A DNA stretch of 62,175 nucleotides, counting the filler, from Dugesia japonica (lineage: Eukaryota): the NCBI GenBank assembly GCA_001938525.1. It is 5 parts of 5 records of this genome, joined end to end, with 100 filler letters (N's around TTAATTAATTAA, not from the genome) between each part and the next. Parts side by side here need not be neighbours in the genome. Positions count along the whole stretch, not along the records: positions 19,665 to 41,764 come from MQRL01631779.1; 4 more parts are not named here. One strand, given 5' to 3'. The position numbers and the translations under genes are program-made. The notes under the pieces are model-generated. The model saw only the letters and a list, made by a program, of their open reading frames with translations. It did not search any database and was not told where the DNA came from. Of this stretch, positions 27,059 to 40,371 are shown piece by piece. Within the stretch, counting starts at the first letter, position 1. Each line of letters starts with the position of its first letter.

Positions 27059-27669
27059 TTATTTGATCAAGTTTATTGATTCACGCACCCTTCGTATGAT
27101 TAGTTCATTACAAAGAAGACATTAATTTAGTTTTAGTGCGCATTTATAACAAATTTTTAAATACCCGCTTGAGTCAACTGGTCTGAGCATACTACGCAAG
27201 TACTATCCTTTAGAATCCACTCTTGTTCAGTGCTGACTTTAAGTACATCTTTGAGCGATTGATGGTGAGCTTCGTACATTGTTAGTATCTCAGTTCCTTT
27301 TTCTGCTACTGTTCTTGCGATTAGCTCCTTCAAAGCTTCCTTTCTCAATCTGAGCACTTCTGACAATTTAATCGTTTAAAGCTTGATTGCCATTTCTATG
27401 CTTTTCTGTGACATGTTCCATTCGACTTTACAAGTGGTTTCTGGTAATTTTTTATGGTGGTAGCTTAATTTTGAGCACCTTGGTTGATGGAATACGTTTT
27501 CGTTCAATTTTCCCACTTCATTCAGTATTTTGACTTCCTTTCCACAAGTCGTACACCTAATAAATGTGATATTCTTCTTCTTGGTGGTAATTAGTCCTTC
27601 CATTGCTTTTCCCATAAGCTTAGGTTTATCTTTGAAAGTTTCCACTTGAGCTTCTATGTCTTATTCCAT
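27059..27669 (-). pseudogene. IAP-like gene (divergent BIR-like domain plus C-terminal RING) in the Polinton cluster
   Basis: EAQVETFKDKP..KAMEGL..FIRCTTC..H..C is BIR-like. LKDSTCVVCSD../ICYKCALKLN*CLLCNELIIRRVR resembles an IAP RING. Several TAA stops and one frameshift. Confidence 0.6.
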
Positions 27670-28854
27670 GTTATCTATCAAGACTACTTTGGCCAGATTT
27701 TTATTATTTTGCAATAAAGTTTGATAGGTGCTTGAGGAATATTATCAATTTCTTGTTTTTTACCTTTAACTGGTATTGCAGTATTGTTTACATCAATATT
27801 TATTACAAATAAATAAGTAGGAAAAGCAGCCGTACATAGCAACAGTATAAAATATGGTTTATATAGTATATATCTATATATAGTTTGCATAGTAATTATG
27901 TAATATGAAGTCACCATTTAAATGCATGATTGCATCATGTTCATGAATATATGGTTTTAGATAACAAATCATATCATTTAAAACAAATTACATCCAATTA
28001 TATAAATTAAAAGTAAAAATATTCATTCATTTCCTTTAAAACATGTAACGACAAATACAAATGAACATATAACGATTATGTATGTATGTATCGCAGCAAG
28101 TATATAAGCAGTAGGTTTCGTAAAATGAACCACTTTTACAATTCAAAGTTATTTTCAAAATGAATCAAGTCGAAAGAAAAATCAAAAAAATTGGCAGCTG
28201 CAATTATCAATGAATCCGTTGACAAAATTCAATTCATAAGCAAGATCGACAGTGGTCTATTGAGTAAATATGACTTTTTTGAACTCATTNTCCGATCAAT
28301 ATTCATAGACAAAATTAAGGAAGAATTGAAGAGTCAAAATAGAATTAAATTTGCTGTTATGACTGTATCCGTTGTGCTATTTTATTTGTTTAGACAGAAT
28401 TGATGTAATTATTATTTTTGTTTAATTGTTTAATAAATAGATTTGAATAATAATTCTTCTTATTTCTATACAATAATTTATTATAAAAAGGATTATACAA
28501 AGTTAATTTTTTTCTTTCGTCTAAGTAAAATAAATGAACAAGAGATTTTTGGTCAATAAAATATATTTTGGATACTAAAAATATAAGTAAATAAATTTTT
28601 CATCTGTAATTTTGCTTCTTTTTAAATTAAACGGATCTTGATATCGAAATTTATTGTAAACAGCTATCTAATGTTCTCCACATAGATTTGTTGTATGAGT
28701 ATTGATGCTTAAGACATTGTTTACTTAAATATGCTGATCCAAGTTACTTTGATGCATTCCGTTCAATCTGAATAAAACTAATAAATTAAAAAATAAATTA
28801 AACAATAACTCTTACTTTATTGTACTTGTTTCAAGAATACAGCATTGTTTACAC

Positions 28855-30069
28855 CAATACTGTTCCGTTGGCATTAATCTAAATTTCCTTTTCAGATACT
28901 CCATAAAATTATAACATATGACAATGTTGTCAAAGCTTTGACAAACTTGATATTCAATCTCAGATTTCCTTGTTGAGGTAATTGACTCTGATTTATATCA
29001 AAATCTGGAGCCAGAACAAATGTAAAGAATGAGTAATTGTCCTTAAAATCACTAAGTATTGTTCAAAAATTCATATTCTTATCCAAATATTCCATATTTC
29101 TTACTATAGATTGCAAATATGTTGTGGTGTAACTATCGTTTGTAAAATCTTGAGTATATATTTATCGATAATCAGTGTTTTTCGTCAAGGAAACAGAAAT
29201 AGCATCTAGATTTTTAAATGTTGAATTCCAACTTTTATAACCACCATTATATTTTTTTCCACTTTGAAATGTAACCAAAATAAAGCTAGGTAATCGACAA
29301 TCACCAAAGATTTGTTCCTTATAAAACGATAAACTATCTTTACTAATTACAAATGCAACGAATTTTTTAGTTCTTATTAGATAAACAGCATTTTACGTTT
29401 TTAGTCAGTACTTAGGGGGCAACGCGTACACGTCTTACTATTAATTTTGCATCTAATAATACATATTTAGGTTCATTAACTGCAGATTCCCAATAAATCT
29501 GGGAAAATGCTCGTTTTAATCAAATTGGCACCTAAAATAAGGTACTTTGGCTGATCCATGAAATCGAGTTGCAATGAACCACATAGAGACAATTATTTTG
29601 ATGCTTTAATAGACTTTTTTGAAACTACCTCTGATCTCTATCCCATTGCTGTAAAACATATATTCTTACTATCATCATTATAATTTATTATAANNNNNNN
29701 NNNNNNNNNNNNNNNNNNNNATCCATTTCCCCCTTCAATTTTGAAATTATTAAACAAAAGAATTACATCCTTGAAAAGTGTATGCAACATATAGTTACTA
29801 GAAACTGCATCATGAGTGTCAGCTACATATTTATCATCCCTATCAACTACCTTCACTTTAATATACAATAAAGTATCATTCAAATCAAAATATTCTGTTT
29901 GAGATCCATTTATTAAAAACACAACATTGCTTTGTGATTTTGAAATTGGAATTTGAAATTTGGAAAGTTATCTTCAAAAGTATCACTTTCAATTAAGCTT
30001 GTGAGGATGGTCGATCAAGAACACATAACTCAGTTTTACCGCAAATCATCTTTTCAAATATTGTTCCAT
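28855..30069 (-). pseudogene. Polinton major capsid protein (double jelly-roll)
   Basis: EYFDLNDTLLYIKVKVV, NYMLHTLFKDV, GSLQLDFMDQPKYL, DAKLIVRRV, RLPSFILVTF and GNLRLNIKFVKAL, with multiple stops and frameshifts. Confidence 0.85.
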
Positions 30070-30070
30070 G

Positions 30071-30490
30071 TCATCTCATTCGTTTGTTTATACGTGAAGC
30101 ATGTGATGTTTTAAGTTTTTTATTAGTTAGTATTGTTTTAAATTTATTTGTTAGCATATTAGTTATTTCAGGTGGTATTTTATTTGTTACACGGTGTGAT
30201 AATATACCTACTACTTTTAGAATTATATGGGTAACTACACTAGCTAAAGAAGAAATTACATTTCCAAATTTAGCTGATGCATTAGATTTTAATGTGAGTA
30301 GTATTTTTCCGCCATTAGCTAGTATATCTTGAGCTGTTTTCATACCAAAAGAACCAATACGTCTAAGAATAGGTAAAACAAATCTACTTATTGCTCGTAA
30401 TCAACCAGATCCATAATATTTTCCAAGAAAATAAGGTAATTCCCAATCTGCTTGACTAGTACTATATAATGATACAATATCAGGATTCAT
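30071..30490 (-). pseudogene. Polinton core protein (pVII-like)
   Basis: LPYFLGKYYGSG*LRAISRFVLPILRRIGSFGMKTAQDIL, lying between the minor and major capsid genes. Confidence 0.6.
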
Positions 30491-30494
30491 TATT

Positions 30495-30580
30495 CATTTT
30501 TCTAAAATGTAACGTTAAATGAGTTTTGAGTCTTCAGCAAAATTGACTAGTTTTCCATTATCATCACGTAAATTGATTTC

Positions 30581-30619
<39 letters not shown>

Positions 30620-31606
30620 GAAATAGGTAGATAACTTGAATGATCAAGAACTTTTGGAACTAATTCATCAGTCTTATGTTTTCTATCTATACTGCTTTAA
30701 ATAAAGGAACATTAACATCCCCTATAACAATAGGTTCAACAATACTACAATAGATGAACATTTTATTATAACACTTTAATATTTTAGGTTTCTTTATACT
30801 TTCATATTGTTGTTGTTCATCAGCAATATGTAATCGAGTATATTGCGATTCTTTTAATCTTAATGATTTTGTTAAGATTTTATCAAATTTAATACTTTTA
30901 GTTTTATTTGACAATGTAAATTTAAATAGTTAATCTTGCTTTAATGAAAAAGTTTACAATAACATAGGAAGGTGTCTCTTAATATAATCATTTAGTAGTT
31001 TTAAATCCTTTATATACAAATTGGTTTCAAATTGAAAATAATGTTTAGTTACAATCGCATAATAATATTTAATATTTATTTGTTCAACGAAATCATCGTT
31101 TTTAAAGGTATGACATTAAATAATAAAAGTTTTATCACCGATATGTTTACTAGTATCAATATTTACAACATTACGCAATTGTGTTACTTTAGCTCTATCG
31201 TACGAAAATCTTTCCAAATTTTCTAAAGTGTCAAATGATAAACTATGGAATTTAATATCCTTACTAAAGTATATCATATTTTCATTCTTTGATTGTGTAA
31301 GTGTTTCTCTATTATTTTGATATTAGTCTTTACTAGTAACAGTTAAAACAACTTTTTTTCTTTATTGTTAACAACAATTGTTAGTTTTTTCTCAATTAGT
31401 TTAAATAATTCATACAAAATCCTAGATTGACTGTAAATCGGCATGGCTGAATATACAAAAGTGAAATCCATCATGGCAACTTCTCAACTATCATCCATGT
31501 AAATTGGATTTTTAAGCTCAACAATGTAATTACTAGCAGCATTATTTGGATGAACTAGCGGACTACTATAACTAGATAAAAGCGTATAGAAATTATTTAA
31601 TTTCAT
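30495..31606 (-). pseudogene. Polinton minor capsid protein (penton)
   Basis: FYTLLSSYSSPLVHPNNAASNYIVELKNPIYMDDS*EVAM at the start; MFIYCSIVEPIVIGDVNVPL and IEINLRDDNGKLVNF..LTLHFRK at the end. Interrupted by a (TA)n run. Confidence 0.85.
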
Positions 31607-32136
31607 CTGAATTTTCGTCTTGATTGGCTATTTGTGTTGCTAATATCCAATTTGGTTTTCTTTTTCATATTATTTTACATAGAATTGTTTATTATTTCCA
31701 TTTCCTTTGATTTAACCAGAACAACACTTATAAATATACTGAATAAAACGATACATGTCAAAATAAAGTTGTAATCTTCATTATTATTTGAATATGGGAT
31801 CATCTTCATTAGGTTCATTTGTCATAAATCATCAATACTAAATGTTCTTGTTGGAAATCATTTCAACATTGGCTTGTTCAGACTGTACACTAGATGATTA
31901 GATAAACACTTTTTCGTCTTTATTTTTGTTTTTTGAGCTGCTTCTAATAACATTTTACACCTCAAAAACCTGCTGGGCTTTTTGGATCTGTCTTTATTGT
32001 TTTCATTTTTGTTCCATTATAACCATTAGATGCGAATTTCATGTCAAAATTAGGTAATGATTGCAATCCACATATTGTTCATTTGAGATAATTTTATTGT
32101 AATTATTAATAATGCTGCTATTAAGTCAGTCATTGT

Positions 32137-32456
32137 TTATTTGAAATGAGTTAAGCCTCAAGCAGCTAATGAAAATTGGTAGCAATGTTGCTATAAAACC
32201 ACTTCCTTGATTTTGTTTTACTAGTATCATTGTATTTCTATTTTTTGTTTTTACAAGCGTTAGTAAAGTTTTTCTGTTTTTTTAATGTTTACCTTTTGGC
32301 TGCACTCAAATCTACATTACCACGAACAATATTTATAATAATTTCAAGTAAATCATCTATAACATATGGTGAGAATGATTGTAAAATTCTCATTCTAAAA
32401 GGTTTTGATAATTTAATCAAAGCTGTAAAATACGGAATGGTATTTTGTAATTTCAT
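32137..32456 (-). pseudogene. Polinton small basic structural protein (pX-like)
   Basis: IDDLLEIIINIVRGNVDLS..LKKQK../LVKQNQGSGFIATLLPIF. Confidence 0.6.
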
Positions 32457-32924
32457 CTTTGTTAGGATGTTTTAATATTATACATAAAAATTTTATTTAA
32501 TAATAATTGAAAAAATTTCCATTAAAAAAAGAAAATAATTAAAATAATTAATTGTTTTAATATTGCGGTTTTGTTAGAATAAATTTTTCACTAGACTTAA
32601 TTGTAACTTATTAATAAATATTTATAGATGGAAACTACAGAANNNNNNNNNNNNNNNNACAATCTTTATTAATTAAAATAATACATACCATTTTTTGTTT
32701 ATAATAATATCTTTTTTCTGTTCATCATTCTCAGCTTCTTTCCACTTCTTTTTGCCAATTTTTTAAACATATTTCTTTTATTTACTCGTTGCCTCTTATT
32801 TACATGATGTTTTTTTATGCGATTGTTTCTTATTTTTCCATGCTTTATCTTCTCAAAAGATATTTTTTGCGTTTAACAACACCATCAGTTACTTGATCAA
32901 CTACAAATTTCTTTGATTTTGTCA

Positions 32925-33576
32925 TTATTGTAATATTATGAAATATTATCTATTTTGTTTATATATTGTGATACCATTTGGATTAAATATATATCTCTTC
33001 TTACTCTATAATCATCTGGACATTGTTGTGTAAAGTCATGAAATAAATATCCATGAGGTTTTTCTGTTTCATCTTAAAATGATTCAATCAGAAATTGTCT
33101 GTTATATGGATAGGCTTGTCTTGCTAGAAAGTCAACAACCATCTGACCTCTAGGAATTTGAATAGAACTATATATTGCACGTTTAAATTGCGAGTTCTAT
33201 GACTACCTCCTTGATGAAATAGATTTTGAGTAAAAAATATTACAGTAACATTACGATCTCGCGATATCTTTGTGAATAAATTATTGAAATATTTTTCTTT
33301 ATTTGCCTCTTAATACAGATCATCAACAACGATAACATCAGCTGGTCCTTATCTTTTGCTCCAATTTTTATCACAACCATTTATAATTTTCATTTTAATA
33401 TTACAAAATTCAGATTTAGTCAGTCCATGCTCCTCATCTGCACCCCTATGCTAGTATATGTTTTTAAGTTTAGACTTAAATAAATTTGATTTCAATAATT
33501 GACATACAAAAAAGGTTTTTCCGCTATTGCTAGGTTCAACAATTTGATAGGCTGCATCATTTCTTAATTTTTCCAT
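32925..33576 (-). pseudogene. Polinton A32/FtsK-like DNA packaging ATPase
   Basis: Degenerate Walker A IVEPSNSGKT, Walker B IVVDDL, LFTKISRDRNVTVIFFTQNLF, LARQAYP and KPHGYLFHDFTQ. Confidence 0.88.
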
Positions 33577-35819
33577 CTTTTTTTTCTTTAATTTATTCAT
33601 AATTTAATACATTATTTATAATTGTTTTTGCGATTCAATTAAAATTAATTCCATCTAAACCCCAATGCTCATTAATTCATTAATTATGATTACCAATATT
33701 AATTACAGAGGTGTCACAATAATTAACAAAGAAAATGAGCTTTCATATAGTAAACCATGTCAATTTAAAGTCAAAAGTGTCAAATATACAATTATTTTCT
33801 TCAGATCGAAGAAATATAGAATAATGGGTTGTAAGAAACCATTGGAACGGCATGATTTGAACCCTATGATATAAAACATTTACAATTACAATCACTAACA
33901 ATTGTCATAAACATGAGAGTGTCAATAAATTTGTATAAATTAGCAAGAATAATCAACTGTTGGTTCAAACCAGGGTTAGTTTCTGCTCTAAGACTTGTAA
34001 GATATGACCCTTTATGTGTAAATGTGTTCTCAACGAAAAAACTAGTAATAATAGGGCTTAAAATGTGAATTTTCAGGGGTATATGAATAACATTACTTCA
34101 GATTTATTCAATTTGCTTGAAAAAATTTAGTAAACTCACAACACGAATGCAAAACAAGTATAATTCAAGTACAAAAAATATCAATTTATATTTAGATATT
34201 TAATTTTCAAATAATTAATATATTACGTTGTGGCTTTTTATTATACATATATATATTGCATTTCATTATTATTTTCTTGTAATTACAAATGAATTCAACA
34301 AATATGAGACGTGGAAAAATAGATAAATAGTTTAGTAAAACAGGTTGGACATTTATTAATTTGTAATTTTTTTTATAAATTTAATTTAGAAATGCTAACT
34401 GATATACTGGAAAAACGGGGGATACTTGACGAAGAGCGACAACCGATGCTCCCGAACGTGGTTATAAATTGGTTTGTGGCAGCTAATTTTGGCACACCTG
34501 GCTGTATCAGGTGTATATAGTTCAACTTGACGGTATCGATGGAAAAGTACGCGATTGAAATGGAACAATATAATAATTATTTTTGTTACCATTGATTATA
34601 TGTTAAAAATAAATGTATTATTACTTGGTCTTTCTTTTATTTAGTTTTTTTATTTAGTTTTTGATAATAAAAAACTATAATTTACATAAAATTACAAAAT
34701 TTATTTCATTAAAAAAAATAATACCGAGTAAACATTAAGTTTAATAACAAATTTAATTTTTTTTTCAATGTTTTTGATTTTCCATATAACTCCTACCGAA
34801 TTAATTGATCTCTTAAAGCCTTTAATCTCCACTTGAATCATCCATTGAATGTTGTCTTCATATTCGTTTTCATCTCATTCTTTAAAGGCTATATAAATAG
34901 CTTCACTGACTTCAATTTTACGGCTTAGTCTGGCGAAAATATCTTCCAGTACATTTCTGTCCTTCTCATGAATTCCTGATAAAAGCAGACTAAATTTGGA
35001 TCTTTTTATTGAAACTGGTTTCTAAAATAACATTAATTTATAATGAAATGAACAATAATTACTTTGAAGTCATAGATAAACGGAGTCTTCAAAAAGAACA
35101 TCTTGTAATTGTAGAAATCAGTAATTTTCGCTAATTCTACAGTTATTGTTGATAAGTTTTCATTAGTTAGTTGGTTTTCTTGCTTTTTTAAGTTGTAAAA
35201 GTGAATTATTTTATAAAAACCTTTGCTTATATACTAGTTTCGATACACACATACTCGTTATTTGGGAGTTCCTATTGGTTAATNTTTGTTTAAATTGATG
35301 TGATTTGTTAATATTTCTTTTAATTTTTGCAATAAATTAATGTTTGCTAAAATTTATATGATTCGATAATATTTGTTTTAACAGTCTTGATTAGATACCG
35401 GGTTTATATAAATATAGCATATTTTAAAAAATATATTCACTTTTACAAAAATGCTTTTTAATATTATGGTAAATTATTTTGAAAATTCCGATCAAAGGGA
35501 AAGAGTTCTTGAAAATATTGCTAACGAGGAAAGATTAGAAAATATAATGGATGTCATTGATAACGCAACGATAAATAAGAAATAAAAAAAGAAATAAAAG
35601 ACGAAAAAACTACTAAAGATGAACAAAAACCTGAAGATGTAAAGATGGAAGATACATTTCATGACGATGATGATGATAATGGTGGTAATTCTTTTGAAAA
35701 TATAGAGAAAAATATGAACCTTATTATGATAAGAGTTTAATTTATTTTTATTGTATTTAATTTTTTTTAGTTTTAGCGTTGGAGAGATTACATGAAAAAT
35801 TTCCAGAATTATAAGGAAT

Positions 35820-36283
35820 AAATCTTTGGTGATCGTCGATTACCTAGTTTTAGTTTGGTTACATTTCAAAGTGGTGAACAATATAACGGTAGTTTTAAAA
35901 GCTCGAGTTCAACATTTAAAAACCTATATGATGTTTCCGTTTCCTTGATGAAAAACACTGATTATCGAGAAATATATACTCTGGATTTTACAAACGATAA
36001 TTATGCTACATCATATATGCAATCTATAGTAAGAAATATGGGATATTTGGATAAGAATATGAATTTTGTTATAACACTTCAAGATTTTAAGGATAATTAT
36101 CTATTTTTTACATTTATTCTTGCTCCAGATTTCGAGATAAATCAGATTCAATTACCTCAACAAGGAAATTTGAGATTGGATATCAAGTTTGCCAAAGCTT
36201 TAACAACATCGAAATATGTTCTCATTTATGGAGTATTTGAAAATGAAATTCAGATTAAAGAAAATGGAACGGTATTGGTTTAA
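35820..36283 (+). pseudogene. C-terminal part of another Polinton major capsid copy, inverted relative to 28855-29320
   Basis: RLPSFSLVTFQSG..GNLRLDIKFAKALTTSKYVLIYGVFENEIQI. Confidence 0.85.
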
Positions 36284-37382
36284 AAATTGCAATAAAGTAA
36301 GAGTTATTGTTTAATTTATTGTTTAATTCTATTCAGATTGAATGGAGTGCATCAAAGTTACTTGGATCAGTAATTTTCAGTAAACGTTGCCTTAACCGCG
36401 GATACTCATACAAAAAATCTATGTGAAGAATATTATATAGCGGTTTACTTGCGAGACAACACTTTTTATTATAAAGAAGCAACATTGCAGATGAAATTTT
36501 TACTTGCTTGTATTTGTAGTATACGAAATATATGTTTTTTTGACAAAAATCTTGTTAATTTTCTTAAATAATACTAAAAAAAGTACTTTATTTATTAAAT
36601 TTGTATAATATATTTAATTTTTACATGGTTACTATGTAAATAAATCCTATAATGCAAGGTTAATATGTAAAAATTACACTCATAAACCAATTGTAGTTAA
36701 AAAAAACTATTTACTTATAAGTTTTTTATATAAATAATGCAAGAAAGAAACAAAATTATTATTCAAATCTATTTATTAAATAACAAAATAATAATAATTA
36801 CATTAATTCTAACAAAGAAAATAGAATATCACAATGGATAACAATAAAGTTACAGTAATAAATTTATTTCTCTTTTAGATCTTCAATTCTTCCTTAATTT
36901 TGTCCATGAATATTGATTGTACAATTAGTTCAACAGATTCATGTTTGCTCAATATACCATTATCGATCATGCTTAGGAATTGAATGTCATCAACGGATCC
37001 ACTGGTAATTTCATCTGCCAATTTTTTAATCTTTCTTTTCACTTGATTCATTTCGTCAACGGATCCAATGGTAATTGTATCAGTAATTTGCTTAATTCCT
37101 CTTTCCACTTGGTTCATTTTGATCATTTTAAAAGTGACTTATTTTTACGAAACCTGCTGTTTATATACTTGAGATGATAGACACATACTCGTTATTTGTG
37201 AGTTCCTATTGGATATTATTTGCTATAGTTGATATTATTCGTTAATATATATTTTAATGGTTGCGATTAGTTGTTGTTTGCTAAAACTGATATTATTTGT
37301 TAATATTTGTTTTAACAGTTATGATTGGTTACCGGGTTTATATAAATGGGACTGATTTTTGAAATAATTCACTTTTTATAAA

Positions 37383-37933
37383 ATGAATACTTGTGAAATC
37401 GTTTTTGAAAACACTGTCCAAAAAGAGGAAGAACTTGAAAATGAAGAAATAGAAAATATAATGGATGCCAATGATAATGGAAAAATCAATATTAATGAAG
37501 AAAAAACTATTGAAGATGAAAAGATGGAAGATGCATGTCATGATGATGATGATGGTGATGATAGTGGTTATACTGAAATTGAAGACAGAAATTATGAAAA
37601 TTATTATGGTAAGAGTTTATTTTATTATTATTTTATTTAATTGTTTTTTTAGAATTAGCGTTGGAGATATTACATGAAAGATTTCCAGAATTTCTTCATG
37701 AATATATGCTGTTGATGATTAATGAATATTTTAAAATTTTATTGCTGACAAAAGCAATATACATGTTTCAAGTTATGAACAATTTCATCATAGAACTTTA
37801 ATCGGATTTAATTTTCAATGAAAACAAGAACCATTATGAAATCTTAAAAGAAAAGATTTTGAAGATGACTGACGAATATGCGAAAAAATTTTGTGGTAAT
37901 AAATGTTATATTAATAAATGTTTTATTGGATAA
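37383..37933 (+). pseudogene. Acidic Polinton accessory gene with a 44-nt intron (37609-37652); paralog near 35450-35815
   Basis: TATA-like TATATAAA upstream. Removing GTAAGAG..TTTTAG extends the frame (ELALEILHERFPEF..), with one internal TAA. Function unknown. Confidence 0.5.
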
Positions 37934-37989
37934 TTGTTTTATTTTATGAACATTCATTTTGCAGGGTGACCTCTAATTACATCGTTAAT

Positions 37990-39000
37990 ATGTAAATCAT
38001 ATACTCATAAACCTTATAATACAAGGTTGCTATGTATATTATACATTATACTAAATAATATACTCATAAACCTTATAATNCATGGTTGCTATGTAAATAA
38101 TAGCCCCACAATCATTATAATACATGGTTGCTTTGTATATAATAAAAGGTAACTATGTGAATAATATACTCATAAACCCTATAAAAAAGAGTTACTATGT
38201 AAATAATACAAGGTAACTATGCAAATAATATACCCATAAGCCCTATACTCATTAATCCTATACAATCATAAAAATATTTTCTGATAAGTTTTTATGTAGA
38301 CTTATTAGTTATATATGGAAAGGTTCCATGAATTTATGATTTTTATGAAAAAACATTCTATGCTTTTATCATATTGTGCTCAGAAAAGTTCTCAACTAAT
38401 ATGTTTTTTATTAAAGATTGCATCACTAATGAGATTTTCTATTAAAAATTGCATGATTAATATGTTAATTTATAGAAAATTGTCACTAGTAATATGATTT
38501 TTAGAAAAAATTCTCACTAGTAATATGTTTTTATGGAAAAGGTTCTATGTTTCTTAATATCTTGTAAAGAAAAGTTTTAATTTGAATATTTTATTATTTT
38601 ATATTTTATCATGTAAATATCACAAAGACTCCCTTCTTTGATTAAATTTTAATAGTTATATTTTATCATGTAAATATCACATAGACTCCGCTTTTTGGAT
38701 AAATTAATTATATTCTAATTATATTATAAACATGTAAATATCTATGGACTCCACTCTTTGATCATTTTGAATATATATTTCATTTATTTTATCATGTAAA
38801 TACACATGGACTCAACTCTTTGGTTATTATTTTTTTGAAAGTTATATTTTATCAAGTAAATATCCCATAGACTCCCCTTTTTTGTTATATTTTAATAGTT
38901 ATATTTTATCATGAAAATATCACAAAGACTTTGAAATCACTTTGAAGTTTTTTGATAGATATATTTTATCTTTAGTTATTTTCAATTGTTATATTTTATG
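37990..39000. repeat. Minisatellite blocks (about 40-bp and 60-bp units)
   Basis: TACTCATAAACCTTATAATACAAGGTTGCTATGTA repeats, then about six copies of ATATTTTATCATGTAAATATCACA(T/A)AGACTCC. Confidence 0.8.
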
Positions 39001-40371
39001 AGATTCTAAAGGATTCCATACTTGCAGCAGCTGAAGAATATGAAAATTAGGTGTATTGTTTTATTAATAAATCTTTTTTTGAAAATTGTTTTTTTTTATT
39101 ATTTTATTAATGTAAATAATTTTAATGAGTAAAAAAAAATAATGCATTAAGTATGCAACTCTGGTCCAACAAATGAGCAACACAAATCACTCAAAATCAC
39201 CTGTGAAAGTATTTTTAATAATTTTTAATCTCATAAAAACCATTAAATATACTTGAAAGTCATTTTTGCAACACAAAAGCTGCATTCATGCAACACGAAA
39301 ACATTTTAGCTCATAGTTACCTTTGACAACTTAAAGACCGATTGTGATAGCAAACTCAAATATACCTTCGAAACCCAAAAATTATCACCCGTCCAAATTC
39401 TGTCGCGATTTTCATTTAAAAAAAAACATTTTTACACACACAAGCACCGTCACATAGGAATTACTAACCCTTTTCACCATCATGTGTCCCACATGTTCTT
39501 CTTTTAATCAAAGCAAAAATCATCCAAATCCAACAAAAAACCGCAACACTGGAACTTATTAACTAAAATCCGAAAACGCGTCACTGTAACCAACAGGAAC
39601 ATTTTTGTAAAAAGTTATCTATGTAATTAGATACAGACTTAAAAAGTCTATTGAAATACAACATTGAAACCTTATGAAAAATTAAAAAAATAAAAAAAAT
39701 ATAAAAAAAAGACTGAGTACACAAAAAGAAGAAAAAAAGAAAAAATTTAAATTTGGCGCGAAAAACATTTTTGAAAAGAATATTGAATTTCCCGAAAAAA
39801 AAATTTAAATTTGATTTCCCCGCTTAATTTATTGGTTAATTAAACAAAAAAATTTGAAATTCCAACGATTATACTTAATTAAAACTAATCTGCTGTGGAT
39901 TGGTCAGCAAGACCTCATTATTTATATTGGTCAATTTCAACAATTAATTATCCCGCCCTACCAAACCTTACCGACCTCCTCAATCTCCCCTCCCCATTCT
40001 CAGCGATCTCTAAAATGAACTTGCACATCAAAAACCACTTAAAATATGAAAAATCACTTTAAAAATCAATATTCACTTCAAAAATCGATAGTCAATAATC
40101 AATCACTTCAAAAATGGATAGTCACTAATCAATCAATTCAAAAATCGATAATGAATAATCAATAATCNNNNNNNNNNNNNNNNNNNNNNNNNNNNNNNNN
40201 NNNNNNNNNNNNNNNNNNNNNNNNNNNNNNNNNNNNNNNNNNNNNNNNNNNNNNNNNNNNNNNNNNNNNNNNNNNNNNNNNNNNNNNNNNNNNNNNNNNN
40301 NNNNNNNNNNNNNNNNNNNNNNNNNNNNNNNNNNNNNNNNNNNNNNNNNNNNNNNNNNNNNNNNNNNNNNN

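Larger units (their letters stand above)
26430..39000. mobile_element. Decayed, rearranged Polinton/Maverick (adintovirus-like) cluster
   Basis: Co-oriented ATPase, pX-like, minor capsid, pVII-like and major capsid genes, plus accessory genes and tandem-repeat blocks at both sides. No clear TIRs, integrase or protease were recognised, so the boundaries are approximate. Confidence 0.85.

Noticed and set aside
38560-39000. CRISPR-like repeat-spacer array
   Set aside because: The units are degenerate tandem repeats without unique spacers, in a eukaryotic context with no cas genes.
25105-40170. GT-rich and CA-rich flanks as the Polinton terminal inverted repeats
   Set aside because: No collinear inverted alignment, no AG-type terminal motif pair and no 6-bp TSD could be found by eye.
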